DNA of 38,544 nt from an uncultured Elusimicrobium sp. (lineage in GTDB: Bacteria > Elusimicrobiota > Elusimicrobia > Elusimicrobiales > Elusimicrobiaceae), in contig ONOD01000001.1 in assembly GCA_900319325.1 (NCBI GenBank), positions 1 to 38,544 on the forward strand. The letters are read 5' to 3'. The position numbers were made by a program, and so were the translations under genes. Of this stretch, positions 8,390 to 16,914 are shown piece by piece (within the stretch, counting starts at the first letter, position 1; each line of letters begins with the position of its first letter). The notes under the pieces are model-generated. The model searched no databases, was not told the origin of the DNA, and worked only from the letters and a program-made list of their open reading frames with translations.

Positions 8390-9357
8390 TTGCGTGCGTC
8401 TTGTTGCGTTCTGTAAATAGCGTACATGGCAGCCCCTACGCCGCCGATATCCGGGTTTTTAGAGGTGCGCAAATTCAATTTTTTAAAGGGAGTTTTAAAG
8501 GGTTGTGCATCCAACACTCGTTTGAGCGCCGGCATAAAATAAGCGGAGGCCCCGGATACTCCCCCGGTCAATACGATCGTATCTAAATCTAAAATTAATG
8601 CTAAATTAGCAATGCCGATCCCCAGATAGTACCCAGTGTCTTGCCAGATTTGTAAGGCTTGCGGGCATCCTTTTTCCGCGGCCTTTGCCACTAACTCTAC
8701 CTTAAAGTCCGGTGCCTTGCTTAGCAAATCCGCCAAAATGGAATCCGGGTGATCTACTGTGCTTTGCAACGCACGGCGTTTAATACCAATCGTGCCCACA
8801 AAGGCTTCCAAACAACCGCGTGCTCCACAACCGCATAAAGGACCTGTTTGGATATCGGCAATTTTCATGTGACCGATCTCGCCGGCCGTTCCGTGGGAGC
8901 CTTGATATAATTCTTTATTAAGGATGAGCCCGCCACCTACTCCCGTCCCTAACGTAACAATCAGCACGTTGGTCCCTTGGCGTTGTAGATCTTTTTCGTA
9001 CACCCCCCAAGCAGCCAGCGTGGCATCATTTACTACATAGGGGCGAATGGCGGTATATTTTTCTAATTGATCCGCTAAATGCCACTCTTTAACATCTGTA
9101 AATTTTAAATTCGGGTTATAGCGTAGTACCCCGTTTTGGGAATCTACATCTCCCGGAGCGCCTACCGCCACAGCCACGCGTTGTTCGGCAAATTCAGTTT
9201 TAATTTGATTGATAAAATCCCCAATTTGAGCAATAAATCCTTTGGCCCCTTTGGCATAATCGGTTTCTATTTTTTCTTTACGAAAAATTTCCCCGTGGTC
9301 ATTCATGACATATAATTTTACAAAGGTACCGCCTATATCTACGCCAATTCCAATCAT
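8386..9357 (-). CDS. ROK-family sugar kinase (glucokinase-like)
   Basis: GVDIGGT, NDAxxAA, TLGTGVGGG, AGEIGHM and CGCGxxGCLE motifs; no N-terminal HTH. Confidence 0.92.
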   Translation of the reverse strand: MIGIGVDIGGTFVKLYVMNDHGEIFRKEKIETDYAKGAKGFIAQIGDFINQIKTEFAEQRVAVAVGAPGDVDSQNGVLRYNPNLKFTDVKEWHLADQLEKYTAIRPYVVNDATLAAWGVYEKDLQRQGTNVLIVTLGTGVGGGLILNKELYQGSHGTAGEIGHMKIADIQTGPLCGCGARGCLEAFVGTIGIKRRALQSTVDHPDSILADLLSKAPDFKVELVAKAAEKGCPQALQIWQDTGYYLGIGIANLALILDLDTIVLTGGVSGASAYFMPALKRVLDAQPFKTPFKKLNLRTSKNPDIGGVGAAMYAIYRTQQDARK

Positions 9358-9359
9358 AT

Positions 9360-10238
9360 TTACTCCTTACTCTTGGGATGTGCCTGATCGTACACGCTTT
9401 TTAATTGTTCTAAGGACACGTGCGTGTACACTTGCGTGGTGGATAGACTTTTGTGCCCTAACATTTCTTGCAAACTACGTAAATCGCACCCGTTGCCTAG
9501 TAAATGGGTGGCAAAGGAATGCCTTAAACTGTGGGGCGTTACTCGTCGGGCCAGGTGGGAAGCAATCGCTGTATTTTTGAAGATATACGCCAGCCCATCC
9601 CCACTTAAAGGTTTTCCGTTTTTATTTAGGAATAAAGCCTCATGCACTTGTGGGTTTTTGCGGGTGGCAAGATAATCTTTAAGCGCTTGCAGAGCAGTTT
9701 GCGTAACGGGAACCAAGCGCTCTTTACTCCCTTTCCCAAATACTTTTACAAGCCCGTTAAAAAAATCAATATCACGGATTTTAAGGTTGGTGACTTCACT
9801 ACGGCGCAATCCACTTGAATACATCAACTCAAACAGTGCTTTATCCCGCGCGGCGAAGTGCTTGCTTTGGGCGGCAGTATCTAATAGGCGGTCTGTTTCC
9901 GGCACGGACAAAAATTTGGGCAACAGTTTTTCTTTTTTGGGGGATGGCAACAATTTAAAGGGGTTTTTATCCAAATGCCCTTGGGCCATTAAGTAGTTGG
10001 AAAAACTGCGCAAAGTGGCTATTTTGCGTAGCACCGTATTGCGTGCCGGATTTTTGAGTTGCAAATTAGCAATAAACGTACGTAAATTAGTAGGGACAAA
10101 GGCTTTCTCTCGGGGAATTTTGCGTGCTTCGCAAAAAGTAGCGAATTTCATCACTACGGTGCGATAGGTACGTAAAGTTTGCGCCGAGAAATTCTTATTT
10201 TTTAAGTCGGTTAAAAAAGCCTCTGCCCACTGCTTCAT
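9360..10238 (-). CDS. xerC: Tyrosine recombinase XerC/XerD
   Basis: YSSGLRRSE, GKGSKER, HSLRHSFATHLL and QEMLGH..LSTTQVYTHV motifs. The topA-xerC context is typical; the C versus D assignment rests on context only. Confidence 0.88.
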   Translation of the reverse strand: MKQWAEAFLTDLKNKNFSAQTLRTYRTVVMKFATFCEARKIPREKAFVPTNLRTFIANLQLKNPARNTVLRKIATLRSFSNYLMAQGHLDKNPFKLLPSPKKEKLLPKFLSVPETDRLLDTAAQSKHFAARDKALFELMYSSGLRRSEVTNLKIRDIDFFNGLVKVFGKGSKERLVPVTQTALQALKDYLATRKNPQVHEALFLNKNGKPLSGDGLAYIFKNTAIASHLARRVTPHSLRHSFATHLLGNGCDLRSLQEMLGHKSLSTTQVYTHVSLEQLKSVYDQAHPKSKE

Positions 10239-10241
10239 AGG

Positions 10242-12665
10242 TTATTTCTTCTTTGTATTCGCTTGCTTAATTTGTTCAATTTCTTCCGGAGTTACGGTTA
10301 CAATGGTGCGGCATTTCGGATAACCGGAACAGCCTAAAAATTCTCCCCGTGCAGAACTGCGTAACACCATGGGCTTGCCGCATTTTTCACATTTACGGTC
10401 CGTTACGATAGGGTCGGCCTTTTTAGCGGTTTTCTTTTCGCCATCTAGTGGTTTGGCATTTCTGCATTTTGGGTAACCGGAACAGGCTAAGAATTTGCCA
10501 TTTCTTCCCATGCGAATCACCATGGGTTTGCCGCATTTTTCACACACTTGATCCGTTTGTTCAGGTTGTGTATTTTGGATTTTATGTCCTTCGGCATCTA
10601 CGGAATAAGTATTTTTGCATTCTGGATAACCCGAGCAAGCCATAAAGCGGCCCCGGCGGCCGGTTCGGATTACCATGGGTTTGCCGCACTTTTCACAGAC
10701 TTCATCCGTTTTTTCGGGTTGCACTTTTTCCCCAGTGCTTGTTAAATTGATTTTGCCTTTGCAGGTGGCATCGCTACAAGCCAAATATTCGCCGAACCGA
10801 CTGCGTTTTTTGAGCATCATTTTGCCACAGATGGGGCATTTTTCGTCAGTTTCCTGAGCGGCCGGGCGTTGCATGCCTTTGTCTGCTTCATCCAATTCCC
10901 GTTGGAAATTATCATAAAATTCTGTTAATAATTCTACCCATTTTTGCCCTCCTTCAGCCACTTGGTCTAGCTTTTCTTCTACCCCTGCAGTGTAAGAAAG
11001 GTCCATAATTTCTTTAAAGAAATCTTTTAAACTGTCAGTTACCGTAATACCCAAATCGGTAGCTACCAATTTATTGGTTTTGGGTGGCCGGGCAATATAT
11101 TTACGATCCAAAATTGTTTTAATCGTAGGGGCATACGTAGAAGGGCGGCCAATCCCATGTTTTTCAAGTGTTTTAATTAAACTGGCTTCGTTGTAATAAG
11201 GAGGTGGCGTGGTCTTGTGGTCTTTGGTTTTTAAATCCAATAATTTTAGCGTGTCTCCTTCGTTCAAAATCGGCAAAAGCGCGGAGTTACTTTCCTCGCT
11301 TGCGTTATTTTCTTCCTCTTCGGGATCCTTATATACAGACAAGTATCCGGGAAATTTGATCGTGCGGCCCGTAGCGCGTAAAATACAATCTTTTTCACTT
11401 TTGGCGGCAATATCAATAGATACGGTATTAAATACGGCATCCGCCATTTGGCTGGCCACAAAGCGTAGCCAAATCAGTTCATAAAGTTTGTATTGGTCGG
11501 ACGTTAAGAAGGCTTTCATATTTTGTGGCGTGCGACGTACATCAGTAGGGTGAATGGCCTCGTGTGCTTCTTGAGCGCCCATTACTTTACTTTTGAAAAT
11601 ATTGGGTTTTGCGGGAACAAATTGTTCTCCATACTTTTGACCGATAAACTTTTTAGTTTGTTCTTGTAAGAGCTTGGAGACATTAAAAGAGTCCGTACGC
11701 ATGTAAGTAATCAAACCGACTGTTTGCCCTTCCACGTCAATACCTTCGTACAAATGTTGCGCGGTTTGCATGGTTTTTTGAGAAGAAAACCCTAACTTGT
11801 TATAGGCATCTTGTTGCAAGGTGCTGGTAATAAAGGGCGGTTTAGGATGTTGTTTTACTTCTTTCTTTTCTACTTTAATAACTGTGTTGGGGCCCTTGCG
11901 TAACAAATCAGATAGGGGGGCCAATTTCTCGGGAGAGTCAAAGACCGTAGTTTTTACTTTGTAATCTTCCGCAAAGAGCTTATGGGTTTTGGTCTGTTCT
12001 ACATTCTTTCCCTTATATTTTGTCACGCGCGCCCAGAACGAAGGGGCCGTTCCTTCTTTTTCAAATTGAGCACCAATCGTCCAGTATTCTTGTTCCTTAA
12101 AGGCTGCAATTTCTTTAGCCCGTTCTGCCAATAAGCGTACGGCAACGGATTGCACCCGGCCAGCGGATAAGCCGCGAGTTATTTTTTTCCACAAGAGAGG
12201 GGATAATTTATAGCCTACAATGCGGTCCAGTACGCGGCGGGCTTGCTGGGCATTGACCAAGTTTTCATCAATTTTGCGGGCGTGAGCAAAAGATTCTTTA
12301 ATGGCGGTTGGTGTAATTTCGTGAAAGAAGATACGCTGATAGCGGTCCTTGGGCAATTTTAATAATTCAATTAAGTGCCACGCGATGGCTTCGCCCTCGC
12401 GGTCAGGGTCGGTAGCCAGGTAAATTTCAGGTGCGTTTTTGGCCAAGGTGCTCAGCTCGCTAATGAGGCGTTTAGCACGCTCTACCGGCTCGTAAGTAGG
12501 GGTAAAGTTATGTTCAATATCTACCCCCATATCGTGTTGGGGCAAATCACGCACGTGTCCAAAGGAGCTACGCACAATAAAATCATTTCCTAAAATTTTA
12601 CTTATGGTTTTCTGCTTAGTGGGAGACTCCACAATCACTAATTTTTTACCTTTATTTGTGGCCAT
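10242..12665 (-). CDS. topA: DNA topoisomerase I (type IA) with four C-terminal C4 zinc ribbons
   Basis: LVIVESPxK, ATDPDREGEAIAWH, SAGRVQS, LITYMRTDS and GIGRPSTY motifs; four CxxCGKxM...C..C repeats. Confidence 0.98.
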   Translation of the reverse strand: MATNKGKKLVIVESPTKQKTISKILGNDFIVRSSFGHVRDLPQHDMGVDIEHNFTPTYEPVERAKRLISELSTLAKNAPEIYLATDPDREGEAIAWHLIELLKLPKDRYQRIFFHEITPTAIKESFAHARKIDENLVNAQQARRVLDRIVGYKLSPLLWKKITRGLSAGRVQSVAVRLLAERAKEIAAFKEQEYWTIGAQFEKEGTAPSFWARVTKYKGKNVEQTKTHKLFAEDYKVKTTVFDSPEKLAPLSDLLRKGPNTVIKVEKKEVKQHPKPPFITSTLQQDAYNKLGFSSQKTMQTAQHLYEGIDVEGQTVGLITYMRTDSFNVSKLLQEQTKKFIGQKYGEQFVPAKPNIFKSKVMGAQEAHEAIHPTDVRRTPQNMKAFLTSDQYKLYELIWLRFVASQMADAVFNTVSIDIAAKSEKDCILRATGRTIKFPGYLSVYKDPEEEENNASEESNSALLPILNEGDTLKLLDLKTKDHKTTPPPYYNEASLIKTLEKHGIGRPSTYAPTIKTILDRKYIARPPKTNKLVATDLGITVTDSLKDFFKEIMDLSYTAGVEEKLDQVAEGGQKWVELLTEFYDNFQRELDEADKGMQRPAAQETDEKCPICGKMMLKKRSRFGEYLACSDATCKGKINLTSTGEKVQPEKTDEVCEKCGKPMVIRTGRRGRFMACSGYPECKNTYSVDAEGHKIQNTQPEQTDQVCEKCGKPMVIRMGRNGKFLACSGYPKCRNAKPLDGEKKTAKKADPIVTDRKCEKCGKPMVLRSSARGEFLGCSGYPKCRTIVTVTPEEIEQIKQANTKKK
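10311..10840 (-). repeat. Intragenic zinc-ribbon repeats of topA
   Basis: Near-identical CCATGGG(C/T)TTGCCGCA(T/C)TTTTCACA at about 10367, 10519 and 10673 (CEKCGKPMV three times), plus a diverged CPICGKMML copy. Confidence 0.85.
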
Positions 12666-12685
12666 AATATCACTTCCTTATAAAT

Positions 12686-13822
12686 TTAAAATTTGTTTTT
12701 ACTATACAACCCGTTCTCACAGGCTAAAAAGCCTTTTACTTCCAAGTTAAATAGAAGTTCGGCGGCTTCGGGTACATCGGCTTCAATAGCTAGGGCAATT
12801 TGATCCAAACTTAGTTGCCCGTCGGCTATTACGTGCATCACCTGTTGTTCGCGGGAGGAAAGCTCTTCCTCCGGTTTCGCGGGAGTTTGTGCCGTATGCT
12901 CAAAGAAACGGGTATCCAACCCAAAGCGTTGTGCCTGTGGTATATATTCTAAAATATCCGCGACGCAAGTTACAACCCCCGCCCCCTGCGTAAGAAGAGA
13001 ATTGGGCCCCGCGGATTGAGGGCTATCAATAGGACCGGGAACTGCTAAAACGTCTTTTCCTTGCTCCAAGGCGAGCTTAGCGGTAATGAGCGCGCCCGAT
13101 TTAATTTCCCCTTCCAACACTACAACAGGTTGCGATAAGGCCGCAATTAAACGGTTTCGGCGCGGAAAATGAAAAGCATTGGGCGGTTTGTTAAACGGAA
13201 GCTCACTTAAAATGGCTCCTCCGTGTTCCAAAATGGCTTTTTCCAGAGTGCGGTTTTCGGGCGGATAACAACGGCCAATCCCTGTGCCGATAACGCCTAC
13301 AGTTGGTTTTTGGGCCCGCACACAGGCCGCGTGACATTCACTATCAATGCCGCGTGCCAAGCCACTTATTACAACAACTCCGGCTTGGGCCAAATCGCCG
13401 GCCAGTTTGGTTGCTACGCGCCTACCGTAAGGAGTGATTTTGCGGGTGCCAACAAGTCCTACACAGGCTTGTTCGTCACTAGGCAAGTTTCCCAATACGT
13501 AAATGGCAACAGGAGCTTCCTTGCAGTTGCGCAAAGCTTGGGGATATTCTTCATCTTCGGGGAGGTAGATGTGGCCGCCCAGTTTTTCAGTTTTGTCCCA
13601 TTCTTCCTGGGGGTTAATAGAAAAGGCTTCTTTAAGTAGGTTGGTCGCAGTAGAGGGATTCAAATTGGCCTCGCGGGCCAATGTTTGTGCGTCTTGCTTT
13701 AAAATTTCTTGAGCAGAACCGAAAATGTCTAATAGCCGTGCCAACCAATCCGCGCGAAAATACAAAAATGCATTTAAGCGAATACGGGCCAGACGTTCAT
13801 CGGTACTGATCTGTGGGTTCAT
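12686..13822 (-). CDS. dprA: DNA-processing protein DprA/Smf
   Basis: VGTRK.T.YG, SGLARGID, FPRRNRLIAALS and SGALITA motifs; C-terminal winged helix. Confidence 0.96.
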   Translation of the reverse strand: MNPQISTDERLARIRLNAFLYFRADWLARLLDIFGSAQEILKQDAQTLAREANLNPSTATNLLKEAFSINPQEEWDKTEKLGGHIYLPEDEEYPQALRNCKEAPVAIYVLGNLPSDEQACVGLVGTRKITPYGRRVATKLAGDLAQAGVVVISGLARGIDSECHAACVRAQKPTVGVIGTGIGRCYPPENRTLEKAILEHGGAILSELPFNKPPNAFHFPRRNRLIAALSQPVVVLEGEIKSGALITAKLALEQGKDVLAVPGPIDSPQSAGPNSLLTQGAGVVTCVADILEYIPQAQRFGLDTRFFEHTAQTPAKPEEELSSREQQVMHVIADGQLSLDQIALAIEADVPEAAELLFNLEVKGFLACENGLYSKNKF

Positions 13823-15357
13823 AAATCAGCTACCCCTTTACGGTCCAGCGGACGGTATTGCATTACTTCTACCAAGTGTTTCGTTTCAATAGCTTCTTTC
13901 CCTTCCAAGTCGGCAATCGTGCGGGCGGTTTTCAAAATTTTATCCAAGCTGCGGGCACTTAAACCAAAGCGCCGCATGGCCGTTTCTAAAATGGTATCTG
14001 CTCCAGGGGGGAGATGACAAAATTGTTTAATTTGCGCCGGCGTCATGAAAGCGTTGGCCGTTGTTGTGGTACCCGCAAAGCGCTTCTTTTGAATTTCACG
14101 AGCGGCTAATACCCGCTCACGGATTTGTGCGGAAGATTCCCCCTCTTTTTCCTGTTTCCAATCGGTAAATTTTACGGGATTCAAGTTAACGGTTAAATCA
14201 ATGCGGTCCAATAACGGTCCGGAAATGCGATTTTTGTACCGGTTTACCTGCATGGGGGAACAGGTGCAAGGTTTGAGTGGATTGCCCAGGTTTCCGCAAG
14301 GGCACGGATTCATGGCGGCCACCAATGTAAAACGGGCCGGATAAGAAACCGTTTCTTTGGCGCGGGAAATTGTTACTTGCCCATTTTCCAAAGGTTCTCG
14401 CAATACTTCCAGTGCACTTCGGGAAAACTCTGCAAATTCATCTAAAAACAGGACTCCATTATGCGCCAGGGACACTTCCCCGGGTTTGGGCGTAGAACCG
14501 CCACCAATCAGTGCCACGTTAGAAATAGTATGGTGCGGATCGCGAAAAGGGCGCGTGGTCAGTAGTCGGCTTTTCCCCAAGAGATTACAAATAGAGTAAA
14601 TTTTGGTAATTTCCAGCGATTCCTCTTCCGTTAAAGGAGGCAAAATCCCCGGGAAACGTTTGGCTAGCATGCTTTTACCGGTACCCGGAAGTCCAATCAT
14701 CAGCACATTGTGTCCGCCGGCTGCGGCAATTTCAAGTGCACGTTTGGCCAGGGATTGTCCTTTTACCTCATTGAAATCCAGCAACGTTTCCGGATCTTGT
14801 TCGGTAGCTGGGATGTAGGCAAGTTGTACCGTTGACGGAGGAATCTTTTCTTCTAAATAATCGGTTAACTCACGCAGCGTATGTGGAGTAATAAAGGGAG
14901 CGGAAGAAATTTGCCCTTCTAAAGCGTTAGCGGGGGGGATAACCGCCGTTTTACCTAGATGTTTGCAAGAAATTAACATGGGCAAAACCCCAGCACATGG
15001 CCGCAACGAACCATCCAAGGCAAGCTCCCCCAGCACTAGTAAATCTTTAATTTTATCCCGAGCAATGGCCGAGAGTTGTTCGCTGGCGGCTAAGATGCCT
15101 AACGCAATTGGCAAATCAAACTGGGTTCCGCTTTTACGTAGTTCAGCCGGGCCCAAATTAACGGTAATACGTTTTAACGGGAAGTCAAAACCGCTATTGC
15201 GAATAGCGGCTGTTACGCGTTCTTTACTTTCTTTTACTTCGGCATCTGGCAGCCCCACTACCGCCAAATTAGGCAAACCAGAAGCAATGTCCACTTCTAC
15301 GGACACGGCAAAGCCTTCAATGCCTTTAATGGTGGCAGCGGTTGCGTTGGCAAGCAT
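13819..15357 (-). CDS. comM: ComM/YifB Mg-chelatase-like AAA+ ATPase (transformation branch-migration helicase family)
   Basis: VGLPDAEVKESKERV, GELALDG, GxPGTGKSMLA, PGEVSLAHNGVLFLDEF, AMNPCPCG and SGPLLDRID motifs. Confidence 0.96.
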   Translation of the reverse strand: MLANATAATIKGIEGFAVSVEVDIASGLPNLAVVGLPDAEVKESKERVTAAIRNSGFDFPLKRITVNLGPAELRKSGTQFDLPIALGILAASEQLSAIARDKIKDLLVLGELALDGSLRPCAGVLPMLISCKHLGKTAVIPPANALEGQISSAPFITPHTLRELTDYLEEKIPPSTVQLAYIPATEQDPETLLDFNEVKGQSLAKRALEIAAAGGHNVLMIGLPGTGKSMLAKRFPGILPPLTEEESLEITKIYSICNLLGKSRLLTTRPFRDPHHTISNVALIGGGSTPKPGEVSLAHNGVLFLDEFAEFSRSALEVLREPLENGQVTISRAKETVSYPARFTLVAAMNPCPCGNLGNPLKPCTCSPMQVNRYKNRISGPLLDRIDLTVNLNPVKFTDWKQEKEGESSAQIRERVLAAREIQKKRFAGTTTTANAFMTPAQIKQFCHLPPGADTILETAMRRFGLSARSLDKILKTARTIADLEGKEAIETKHLVEVMQYRPLDRKGVADL

Positions 15358-15358
15358 G

Positions 15359-16465
15359 TTAGTTAAAGCTCATTATAACGGCATTAGGCGTAATGCTTAC
15401 TACCGTGAAATAAATGTTATATTTGCGAATCATTTTAGCTGTTAGTTCTTCCGGCGTGGCAATATTGGCCGAAATATCAAACTGAGCAGCCGAGTTGGCA
15501 TAACGTACTAAGTTAAAATCTTCAATTTCACGTAATGTGCGCAAAATATCTTGTACCTGCTTTAACCGTTCAATAGTATTAATATTTTTAATTGTTACAT
15601 TGTAAACCTTTGCAGAATTGATTGCGTCGTTGATAGGTTCCACCAGTTGTTTGGCGGCAGCCTCACAAGCCGCAGAAATAGATTTTTGAGCCGCGATGTT
15701 ATCCAAAGGATCTAGGCCGCTTTGTTGTTGAGCCCCTTCAGCTACAACTGCGTAATTGTTGGTGGCGTATGCGTTTAATTTGGCGCGGGCACGGTACGAT
15801 TTGAAAGGCGAAGTGGTTCCCGGTAGCGCGGCTAACGGATTGGATTCTACGTCAGCTACGATGACGAAACGGGCGCCCTCCCCACGGGCTTTATCAATGG
15901 TGGGGTTGGGGTTTTCAATATTATTTTGGCTCAAATTATCCCCGTTTACTAGGTTGTAAGGTTGTTCTTTAAGTACGCGGTAGATGGCTTGCTTGCAATC
16001 TTGTGTGAGTGAGATTTCTTCTCCAACTGTTTCGCGCGAAGTTACCAAAATGGTTGTTTTTTTGGCGAAAGCATTTTCTTCGGATTGTTTAATGATGGCG
16101 CCAATGTCTTTTACAAGGACCATGGCCTTGATTTTAGTGTACCAGTCATCTCCTTTGCGGTATGCTTTTTGCACGTGGGATTTGCGAATGAACCCGGCCG
16201 TTTTAGAAACGATTTTATCTTCAACCAGTTGGGCTTGTTCTACCGTAGTGGCTGAGGAAATAAACACCCCGGCTACCTTTTCTACAGCTGCTTTTTGGGC
16301 GGCTAGCTCACCATCTTTTTTCATTTGTCGCAGGTTGCGTTCATCATAAGGGACCAGGGATTCTGCGGTTACATATTCACCTTCCCCTTTAGGGCCAATG
16401 CGTATAGAAGAGCATGCGCTGGCAAGCGTGAGCGCGCCGAGTAAACAAATCAGTAATTTTTTCAT
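15359..16465 (-). CDS. Lipoprotein with an FlgT_N/LPP20-like N-terminal domain plus two further alpha/beta domains
   Basis: ASAC lipobox; 'AQKAAVEKVAGVFISSATTVEQAQLVEDKIVSKTAGFIRK' matches by eye the A..AVE...G..I.S.T.V....L..D.I.....G.I pattern of FlgT_N-type domains. Confidence 0.65.
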   Translation of the reverse strand: MKKLLICLLGALTLASACSSIRIGPKGEGEYVTAESLVPYDERNLRQMKKDGELAAQKAAVEKVAGVFISSATTVEQAQLVEDKIVSKTAGFIRKSHVQKAYRKGDDWYTKIKAMVLVKDIGAIIKQSEENAFAKKTTILVTSRETVGEEISLTQDCKQAIYRVLKEQPYNLVNGDNLSQNNIENPNPTIDKARGEGARFVIVADVESNPLAALPGTTSPFKSYRARAKLNAYATNNYAVVAEGAQQQSGLDPLDNIAAQKSISAACEAAAKQLVEPINDAINSAKVYNVTIKNINTIERLKQVQDILRTLREIEDFNLVRYANSAAQFDISANIATPEELTAKMIRKYNIYFTVVSITPNAVIMSFN

Positions 16466-16911
16466 TTATTCTCCTTAGGATCTAAACCGGTTTCTTGCAA
16501 ATAGTTGCGGCTAAGGCGCATGATCACCGCGCATCCGCCGTCGTCTAAATATTCAGTTTGAATGAGTTCCATACGTTTTAGTAGCCCGGTGGCGGATGTA
16601 TCTATCGTGCTTCCGGTGGATACGGCGTCCACAATTTGTACGTGAGATTCCAAGTTGGTTCCATACAATACTTCGGTGGCACGTTGATACGCATGCGCGA
16701 TGGCGGCTTCACGGCTTAGGATGCGCCGCTGAGAATCCGTTTGATGATTAGGATTGGCAGCCCCAAATCCACGAACCCACAGATAGTCTTTATCTAGCAA
16801 TGTGTCGTTAAAAGAGGGGGCAATCTTCCCTTCTTTGACAGCAGATTTCATTGTTTTTCCACAGGCAAAGAACAAAGTACTACAGATTAGGAAAGCCAGG
16901 GTTTTTTTCAT
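16462..16911 (-). CDS. LPP20/FlgP-like small lipoprotein
   Basis: FFAC lipobox; VRGFGA...QRRILSREAAIAHAYQRATEVLYG...IDTSATGLL resembles the FlgP/LPP20 G.G...R.MA.RAA..DAY..L.E.V.G pattern. Confidence 0.7.
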   Translation of the reverse strand: MKKTLAFLICSTLFFACGKTMKSAVKEGKIAPSFNDTLLDKDYLWVRGFGAANPNHQTDSQRRILSREAAIAHAYQRATEVLYGTNLESHVQIVDAVSTGSTIDTSATGLLKRMELIQTEYLDDGGCAVIMRLSRNYLQETGLDPKENK

Positions 16912-16914
16912 AGG

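Noticed and set aside
9360-10238. Tyrosine recombinase as a mobile-element integrase
   Set aside because: Xer-sized, embedded in the housekeeping dprA-topA-xerC context, with no att repeats or cargo genes.
10311-10840. Regularly spaced DNA repeats as a possible CRISPR array
   Set aside because: They are in-frame zinc-ribbon coding repeats in topA with about 150-nt period, and there are no cas genes.
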